Virus record (IMG/VR): IMGVR_UViG_3300020186_000396
Span: 36,669-100,668 of that record
Strand: one strand, 5' to 3'
Source: a virus
DNA: 64,000 nt
Shown here: piece after piece, positions 57,478 to 64,000 of the stretch
Numbering within the stretch: the first letter of the stretch is position 1
Layout: every line of letters begins with the position of its first letter
Translations under genes and position numbers: made by a program
Notes under the pieces: generated by a model
What the model was told of the DNA's origin: nothing
Database searches by the model: none
Seen by the model: the letters and a program-made list of their open reading frames with translations, nothing else

Positions 57478-58209
57478 ATGAGCAGAGATCGCAAAGGGAG
57501 TTTCTCCCGTGACAATTACACTTCAGATGAACAGGCACCTTCTCAACCAGATTGGTTTAAGGAGTATTCTGCTAATCTTGAAAAGCTAAGCGTTCAGCCT
57601 GCTCGCAAAGATCGGGATATGTTCAATCAGATTTCCGATATCCTTGGAACAAAGTCTCGTTATTCTTCGGTAGAAGAAGCCGTTACAGATATGCATAGTC
57701 GGACAGGTCTCGCTACGTATCTTCAGATGTGTGAAGCAGATAAAGCGGCTGTCATGTCTAATGAAAAATTAGCTTCAGATGAGACGACCGAAGTTACTGA
57801 AACGACAGATGTTCTACCTGAACAGCATGATAGTGAAATAGAAAAGGCTATCGATCCAAATTCTGATGAAAGTCATTTTCCACAACTGTTGAAAGACCAT
57901 CCAGAAATAGGTGAGTTCATCAAAAGTTTCGTTGGACCGAAGGGTCGCAGCGGATACATTCATGTACCCGCAGTTGTTGAGGCGATTCGAATCATGTTTA
58001 GAAATAAAGATTTCAGCTCCGATGAATTGGAAGACAAGCATCTTCGCAAGTTTATTAATGAAGAGATCATTAAAGAAAAAGCTAAACACAAAACCGACAC
58101 TGCAAAAGATAATAAACATTTAGGCGAGCTAGATGCCCCAGGCGATTCATCTTCTTCGAATTATGAAAACAATGACGCGTTTAGTATATTGATGCCCGCC
58201 AAATTATGA
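57478..58209 (+). CDS. Hypothetical protein
   Basis: AAGGA SD; 243 aa. Confidence 0.6.
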   Translation: MSRDRKGSFSRDNYTSDEQAPSQPDWFKEYSANLEKLSVQPARKDRDMFNQISDILGTKSRYSSVEEAVTDMHSRTGLATYLQMCEADKAAVMSNEKLASDETTEVTETTDVLPEQHDSEIEKAIDPNSDESHFPQLLKDHPEIGEFIKSFVGPKGRSGYIHVPAVVEAIRIMFRNKDFSSDELEDKHLRKFINEEIIKEKAKHKTDTAKDNKHLGELDAPGDSSSSNYENNDAFSILMPAKL

Positions 58210-58221
58210 AGGCGGTAACGC

Positions 58222-61134
58222 GTGAGTGCAGACTTATTTAATAAACTACGTTCGAATCTGCTTAGCTTAGACCCTGTCTATTTTTGTGAAAACTATCTAA
58301 CGCTTGAAGGAAAGCCGTTCCGTCTAACCAACAATGGCTATAAACCTTTTGCAGATATTTATCGATACATAGCAATCAAGGCACTAGAAAGAGACTCTAA
58401 GCCGGTAGTTATTATCAAGGGCCGCCAGGTCGGAGCCACTACGATGTGCTCGGCTTTGGAAATGTATTTCATGGGTTGTGGATTGTTCGGAAACACCGAC
58501 CGCCCAGCGATGAGAATCATTCACGCGTTCCCTCAATTGGACCTGGCATACGCCTATTCCAAAACCAAACTGAACCCGATGATTTCAGGTGCCCTTGCAC
58601 TTGAGCCAGCGAAAAAGGGACAGAAGTCACGCTCGTATATGCAGGCGTTACTTGATCCTACCAGCCCTGCAAACGACTCTCTTAACTTCAAACAATTCGT
58701 CGGTGGTAATCACCTTTGGATTGAGTCGACCGGAGAAACAGCAGACAGGCTCCGTGGACGTTCGGCAGACGTTATTTTTTATGACGAATGCTTAACGTAC
58801 GACACTTACATTGAAACTGTCGACGGTAAAATTGCGATAGGCAAGCTGGTGCAAAATTACGAGGCGGGCAAGTATGTTCCGCTCATCAAGACGTTTAACG
58901 AACAGCAGGAAAATTTTGAATACAAACAAGTTGTAAACGTATGGAGTAGAGGTGATCGAGACGTTCTACAAATTCAATGTGGAAAAAGAAAAGTTAAGTG
59001 CACGCCAAATCACCCGTTTTTAACGAATGACGGATGGAAACGCGCAGATGAATTGAGCGTCGGTAGTTTAATAAAAACATCTGTAGGCACTGATTTACAT
59101 AATAGAGCGCTAAACGACGACCAGTACCAAGTTGTTTTAGGGTCATTTTTGGGGGACGGGAACGTCTCTTCTTATAAAGACAAGCGTTCACGATTGCGCA
59201 TCATTCACGGAGAATCTCAAAAAGAGTATTGTGAGTGGAAAGCCTCTCTCTTTGGCCGCGATTGTGAAAGACTCGAAGAGAACGGTTTTAGTAAAAAACC
59301 AGCATACAGATTCGCGACGAAGAGTTTTGCGCTGCCGAAATCTTTCCCTAAGTCTAAAACAAACTGCCCGCAGTGGGTTCTTGATGATTTGGATGCACGA
59401 GGCATTGCCGTATGGTTTATGGACGATGGTAACGTAGTAAAAAAGTGGAACTCAGGAGTGGCGACGAGGCTATCTACGTGCTCTTTCGATCTAGATACGC
59501 AAGAGCGTATAGTAAGAAAATTTGCAACGCTAGGTATAGATTCGCATTACGCAAAGTACAACGGGTACACTTACATTCATTTTAATAAGGATGGCTCGAA
59601 TAAGTTATTCGATCTTATAAGTCCGTATATTCATAAATCGATGACATACAAAACGACTAATTCTAGTTGTAGCTATGTATGGAATACATCGTTCAAACAG
59701 TTCGGTTATGAAGTGGTAGATTCGATTTCTTCGATGTCTAAGCCGGAAAATGTTTACGATATTGAAGTAATAGACAATCACAATTTTATTGTAACACCAG
59801 GGCGTAAGAGCAAAAACGTTGGCGGATTAATCACCCATAATTGCCAAGACATTCCGAAACAAGCAATTGGAAACGCATCCAAGATCTTGGCGAAGGCTCG
59901 GTACGGTCGTAACGGAGAAGGCGTTCAAGTATTTTTCGGCACACCAAAGCAGCGTGGTTCCGAATTTTTCGATATGTGGCAGCAGTCATCGCAGCAGTAT
60001 TTCAATCTGCACTGCGAACAATGTGACAAGTACTATCCGCTGTATACGCCAGGTTCTGATCAATGGGAAGAGACTTGGGTTCATACCAATACAGTCCGCT
60101 GTCCATTCTGCAAACACGAGCAAGATAAGGTCCATGCTGCCGAGACTGGTAAGTGGGTCGCAACACGCGATCCCGATGAGTGTCCATTTATCGGATTTCA
60201 TATGAGCCAGTTGTTCATACCGGATTTCACAAAAGAGAAGATCATCTCTGAAAAACCAGAGAACTCATTGGTTAACAGCGAGCGTGCTTATCAAAATGAA
60301 GTTTTAGGAGAGTTCTTCAGCGGCGAAACTGGAATCATGAATCCAGAAGATGTCCGCGAGAAGTGTGGAGACATTGGTCGCAAATTCCGGGCACACATAG
60401 CACCCAATCAAGAACACGGAGTATTCATCGGTGTAGACATTGGACAGAAGAGTGACCTTGAACAGCTGGTCGACTCTAAGAAAAAGAAAGTACAGGGCCA
60501 AAGCTATAGTTGCGCTGTAGTTCTTAGTTTAGTAGGACCGAACCTTCTTCAAATAGAGTTCGCTAGAAAATTCAAGCACAACGACTTCGCTAGCAAGAAG
60601 GCCGAAGTAGAACATTTGATGCGCATGTATAGCGCTAACGTAACGGTATGCGATATCGGATTCTCCAACGATTTTTGTGAATTGATGCACAACGAACACG
60701 GAGAAAAATTCATAGCTTCGAATGCCGTTGCTAGAATTACAGACCATATCAAATACAACAAAGAGGTGTATCCTAAAACAATATACTTCGAACGAGATTA
60801 CTACATCGGCGAACTGTATGACCAAATGAAAAAGGGTCAAATACGATTCCCGTATGGAAGTTACGAGCTTATGAGTTGGCTGGTGCAGCATTGTACAAGC
60901 ATGGAAATCAAACCATCCATTTCTCGAACCGGAGAAGTAACGCCGCACTATGCAAAAGGAAGTCAACCGAACGACGGATTCATGGCACTGTTGAATGCCT
61001 ACATAGCTTATCGCTGGTATCAAACAAAGGGTTTCACAATAAAGAACCCATTACTTTTTAATAATCCGTTTGATAAGCATCGACCAAAGCAGAGGATTCC
61101 AGCGATCTTGGGCGTCGTCGGTAGAATGAAGTAA
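58222..61134 (+). CDS. terL: Terminase large subunit (GpA-like) containing an intein
   Basis: KGRQVGAT Walker A, LRGRSAD.IFYDE Walker B, FGTP, Zn motifs, GVDIG nuclease, DGFMA. Confidence 0.93.
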   Translation: MSADLFNKLRSNLLSLDPVYFCENYLTLEGKPFRLTNNGYKPFADIYRYIAIKALERDSKPVVIIKGRQVGATTMCSALEMYFMGCGLFGNTDRPAMRIIHAFPQLDLAYAYSKTKLNPMISGALALEPAKKGQKSRSYMQALLDPTSPANDSLNFKQFVGGNHLWIESTGETADRLRGRSADVIFYDECLTYDTYIETVDGKIAIGKLVQNYEAGKYVPLIKTFNEQQENFEYKQVVNVWSRGDRDVLQIQCGKRKVKCTPNHPFLTNDGWKRADELSVGSLIKTSVGTDLHNRALNDDQYQVVLGSFLGDGNVSSYKDKRSRLRIIHGESQKEYCEWKASLFGRDCERLEENGFSKKPAYRFATKSFALPKSFPKSKTNCPQWVLDDLDARGIAVWFMDDGNVVKKWNSGVATRLSTCSFDLDTQERIVRKFATLGIDSHYAKYNGYTYIHFNKDGSNKLFDLISPYIHKSMTYKTTNSSCSYVWNTSFKQFGYEVVDSISSMSKPENVYDIEVIDNHNFIVTPGRKSKNVGGLITHNCQDIPKQAIGNASKILAKARYGRNGEGVQVFFGTPKQRGSEFFDMWQQSSQQYFNLHCEQCDKYYPLYTPGSDQWEETWVHTNTVRCPFCKHEQDKVHAAETGKWVATRDPDECPFIGFHMSQLFIPDFTKEKIISEKPENSLVNSERAYQNEVLGEFFSGETGIMNPEDVREKCGDIGRKFRAHIAPNQEHGVFIGVDIGQKSDLEQLVDSKKKKVQGQSYSCAVVLSLVGPNLLQIEFARKFKHNDFASKKAEVEHLMRMYSANVTVCDIGFSNDFCELMHNEHGEKFIASNAVARITDHIKYNKEVYPKTIYFERDYYIGELYDQMKKGQIRFPYGSYELMSWLVQHCTSMEIKPSISRTGEVTPHYAKGSQPNDGFMALLNAYIAYRWYQTKGFTIKNPLLFNNPFDKHRPKQRIPAILGVVGRMK
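58789..59841 (+). mobile_element. Intein with LAGLIDADG homing endonuclease (351 aa)
   Basis: Starts CLTYDT, block B CTPNHPF, LGSFLGDG and WFMDDG, ends VYDIEV..NHNF..THN, followed by extein Cys. Confidence 0.95.
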
Positions 61135-61159
61135 TAAAATAGAATTTCTACGAGGTACT

Positions 61160-62362
61160 ATGCTTTCAAAACTTTCTAAAATACACCTGTTAAGGTTGAA
61201 AAGGCTTTTAAAGCAAGCTCGTCAGACTATTAATCCGTCTGCATATTTTAAACAAGCTACTGAGTTCCTTGAATTTTTCAAGCAGTTCACGGCCGCGGCC
61301 AGTCATGAATTCACTGCCGATTTGGTCAAGCTGGCTTCTGAGATGAATAGTTACGTTCAATATTTATCCGCAACGGTTTCGGCATTTGATCAACAAAATT
61401 GGAAAGATGCCCATAACGGATTCACACATAGCAATGCTGACAGCCAAAACATTCTTATGGACATCAATCGACTACATGCCGAAGACTCAGATTTATTTGC
61501 TTTTTCACAAGGCGGACGTGAAGTAAACCTTGCAGACTTCTTAAATAAAATCATTGATGAAGGAAGAACAATAATCTCTGAGAAATTCCAAACATTTTTC
61601 GAGGAGATTGAAAAGGCTAAGAAGCAGAACCCGAACGATTTCACTGAGCGTGAGTTGGGTGATGACGAGCCTGATGAGGAGCTTCTCACCGAGAACGAAC
61701 AAGAACAAGCAGAAATGGCTGAACAGCTTGGGTACGGCGGAGGAATGAGCCAGGACGAGATTGAGACTGATACTCATCAAAAGATAAAAGAGCGACATAT
61801 GAATCGCGTCAAAAGACAAAAGGCCGATCCTCTCAAAGTAACAAGAATGCGCTTTCTTGCTGAACGCAAGAAGAACAATCTTAACTCTGATATGACCGAC
61901 GCTCAGGTTATGGCTGAATACAATCAGTATCTTAAACTGTTTATTCAGGCTTTCAGAGCTGCTAAAGCTAAATGGGATAAGATTTATTACAACACCAAAA
62001 TCAAAGGTCTTCCAGTTTATAATCAAAAACTAGCTCAGAACGCCATTGATCATCAGCGTCGTAAAAATAGTTATTATGGCATTAGTGCTCTAAAGATGAC
62101 CCCAGAGGAACTTAAAATACTTCAAGCGACTTCGCCGGATGAGTATGCCCGCGTAATGCAAAGACGCGCAAATATGGCCAGAATAAAGTCTAATGACATT
62201 CAAATGTTCAATGTAATTGAAAGAGAAGCCGCCACTTATGAAAGAACGAAAGTTCGTACTTTAAATCATAGTAATAAGACAGAAGTCAAAACAAAACGAG
62301 TAATGGATAGAAACGAAAAGAAGTTCGAAGACCTTATGAAGAAGATGCGTTCGCAATTCTAA
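61160..62362 (+). CDS. Hypothetical protein between terminase and portal
   Basis: GAGG SD; 400 aa; acidic middle and basic C-terminal half. Confidence 0.6.
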   Translation: MLSKLSKIHLLRLKRLLKQARQTINPSAYFKQATEFLEFFKQFTAAASHEFTADLVKLASEMNSYVQYLSATVSAFDQQNWKDAHNGFTHSNADSQNILMDINRLHAEDSDLFAFSQGGREVNLADFLNKIIDEGRTIISEKFQTFFEEIEKAKKQNPNDFTERELGDDEPDEELLTENEQEQAEMAEQLGYGGGMSQDEIETDTHQKIKERHMNRVKRQKADPLKVTRMRFLAERKKNNLNSDMTDAQVMAEYNQYLKLFIQAFRAAKAKWDKIYYNTKIKGLPVYNQKLAQNAIDHQRRKNSYYGISALKMTPEELKILQATSPDEYARVMQRRANMARIKSNDIQMFNVIEREAATYERTKVRTLNHSNKTEVKTKRVMDRNEKKFEDLMKKMRSQF

Positions 62363-62385
62363 TAGAATCGGTATATGGAAGATAG

Positions 62386-64000
62386 ATGGCAAACCCTAAA
62401 AACAAGTCTCAAGCTCATATTACAAAGCGCGCCGTACCGCTCGTTTCGTCAACCATGGCAAAACAAGTATCGCAGTACCGCCGCGCTTCGTTAGAGGATG
62501 AGGTTAATGATGGTTTGTTTCGTGATGGTAACGGCCCAATTCCTGGTGGAACATCTAAACACGCACTTACTTCAGCGTCGAACGTAACGTTCTCTTCTAA
62601 GGCTCTTCGCAAGAATGCTACCGTATCCAGCGGGACTACGGGAAGCGGCTCACAATGGCGCGGAGGCTCCGGAGATGCCGCTCGTCAAGGACCAGAGGCT
62701 TACTCACCACTTTGGCTGAATTCCAATACCAGCCTTCCACGAGATAAGAATACAATTAATGCGTGGTGTCGAGCATTCTATGCTTTGAACCCAGTTGTAC
62801 ATAACGCGATCAATCTTCACAGCACTTATCCTATAGCTAAGTTGAACATTAGATGTCCAGATAAACGCGTCGAACAATTCTTCAATGAGATGATTGAAGA
62901 AACCGATTTGATGAACGTATGTGTTCAAATGGCTCAAGAGTTTTGGCTTCTAGGAGAAGCCATTGTATATGGTGAGCTTGATGATCGCAATCTGCGCTGG
63001 GGCCGATTTTTAATTCAGAACCCCGACTACATTGATATCAAACCATCGGTAATGTCAGCTGAGCCTACAATCATGCTTAGACCAGATGCTAATCTCAAAC
63101 GCATCGTTAATTCTAATAGGTCTTCTGACCTTGAGCAAAAGCGCCAGCTCGGTCCACATATCATCGATTACGTAAAACGCGGACAAAACATTCCGCTCGA
63201 TAACTTCTACGTATCGCACCTGTCTCGTAAGATCAATCCGTACGACGTACGTGGAACCGGATTACCAGTAAACATTTTCCGCCAGCTTATGCTTTTTGAT
63301 AAACTTCGAGAATCAAAATTCGCTCAGGCTGACAACATGATTAACCCTTTGACTTTGGTTAAAGTCGGTTCTGCCGATTATAAGCCAGGTCCAGCAGATT
63401 TGGAAACGTGGAGAAATATCTTCGAAGAAGCGCAGTACGATAAGGATTTCAAAATCTTTACCCACGAAGCCGTGACGGTCGAACGAGTTGGTGCTGGTGG
63501 CGGAATATACGATATCTCTGGAGATATTACCCAACTTCTAAAAGAAATATATATCGGATTAATGGTGCCGCAGGTTCTAATGGATGGCGGAGCAGATACG
63601 ACGTACGCAAACGGCGGCGTTGCTCTTGACGTTCTTCGTCAGCGTTACATGCAATTCAGAAATATGATCTCGGCATGGTTGAAGAGAAAGGTCTTCGCGC
63701 CAATATCTAAGCTGAACGATTTCTATACGTGGCACGAAAAAACAAAGCAACTGATCGTTCCTGAGGTTGACTGGAACCACATGTCTTTGTTCGACGCCGG
63801 AGATTACATTCAAAAGCTTGCAGAAATGACGCAAGACCCAGCCGCGAAGCGCGTTTCGCTACAAACGTTGTACCGTTCTCTTGGATTGGAATACGAAGAA
63901 GAAGTTCGTAAGATGCGCCGTGAAGATATTCAAACAACCATTCGTGAAAAAGAATTGGCAAGTCTTAAGCAGATGCCACTCAACGAGCTTCGTACAATCA
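62386..64000 (+). CDS. Portal protein (3' truncated)
   Basis: Hand-translated open frame: WCRAFY..NPVVHNAINLHSTYP, LGEA, NPDYI, PYDVRGT, P..LVKVG, GLMVP..TYA. Follows the terminase. Confidence 0.8.
   Translation, partial: MANPKNKSQAHITKRAVPLVSSTMAKQVSQYRRASLEDEVNDGLFRDGNGPIPGGTSKHALTSASNVTFSSKALRKNATVSSGTTGSGSQWRGGSGDAARQGPEAYSPLWLNSNTSLPRDKNTINAWCRAFYALNPVVHNAINLHSTYPIAKLNIRCPDKRVEQFFNEMIEETDLMNVCVQMAQEFWLLGEAIVYGELDDRNLRWGRFLIQNPDYIDIKPSVMSAEPTIMLRPDANLKRIVNSNRSSDLEQKRQLGPHIIDYVKRGQNIPLDNFYVSHLSRKINPYDVRGTGLPVNIFRQLMLFDKLRESKFAQADNMINPLTLVKVGSADYKPGPADLETWRNIFEEAQYDKDFKIFTHEAVTVERVGAGGGIYDISGDITQLLKEIYIGLMVPQVLMDGGADTTYANGGVALDVLRQRYMQFRNMISAWLKRKVFAPISKLNDFYTWHEKTKQLIVPEVDWNHMSLFDAGDYIQKLAEMTQDPAAKRVSLQTLYRSLGLEYEEEVRKMRREDIQTTIREKELASLKQMPLNELRTI

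Noticed and set aside
1-64000. Stop-codon reassignment, reverse-transcriptase systems (DGR/retron), or a bacterial chromosome origin for the window
   Set aside because: Long genes are intact in code 11 and all three stops are used. No RT motifs were seen. Terminase, portal and the density of unknown genes indicate a phage despite the host-like genes.

Overview
This window is a 64-kb segment of a large (jumbo-type) dsDNA tailed bacteriophage. It is gene-dense, almost entirely + strand, and uses the standard code. Left to right it holds five blocks. (1) An accessory block: GT2, Thg1-like protein, GH73 lysin, tRNA-Arg, rhamnose enzymes and Dps. (2) A GATC-rich non-coding strand switch near 8.6 kb. 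(3) Host-takeover and proteostasis genes: HU/IHF-like proteins, DksA/TraR, two ClpP, FtsK motor, TopA, bS21, MT-A70 methylase, peptide deformylase-SEC-C, trigger factor and DnaJ. (4) Replication and recombination genes: split DnaG, SbcCD, DnaE, RecA, SSB and RuvC. (5) A probable virion/packaging block ending in an intein-bearing large terminase and a truncated portal. Several small proteins resemble, from memory only, Myxococcota/deltaproteobacterial proteins. The most unusual signals are: a dispersed family of tnpB-deleted IS200/IS605 mini-elements that keep the omega-RNA-like right end and insert after TTAT in promoters and stop codons; at least five enzyme homologues with lost catalytic residues (Thg1, MazG, metallophosphoesterase, ClpP, thioredoxin); a recurring (C/T)GNTATA motif 7-9 nt before start codons lacking an SD; a primase split into two genes 20 kb apart; a possible Zn-ribbon-interrupted sigma-like protein; and a recurring K-x-A motif in putative head proteins. 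All assignments are by-eye motif recognition; no database search was run.
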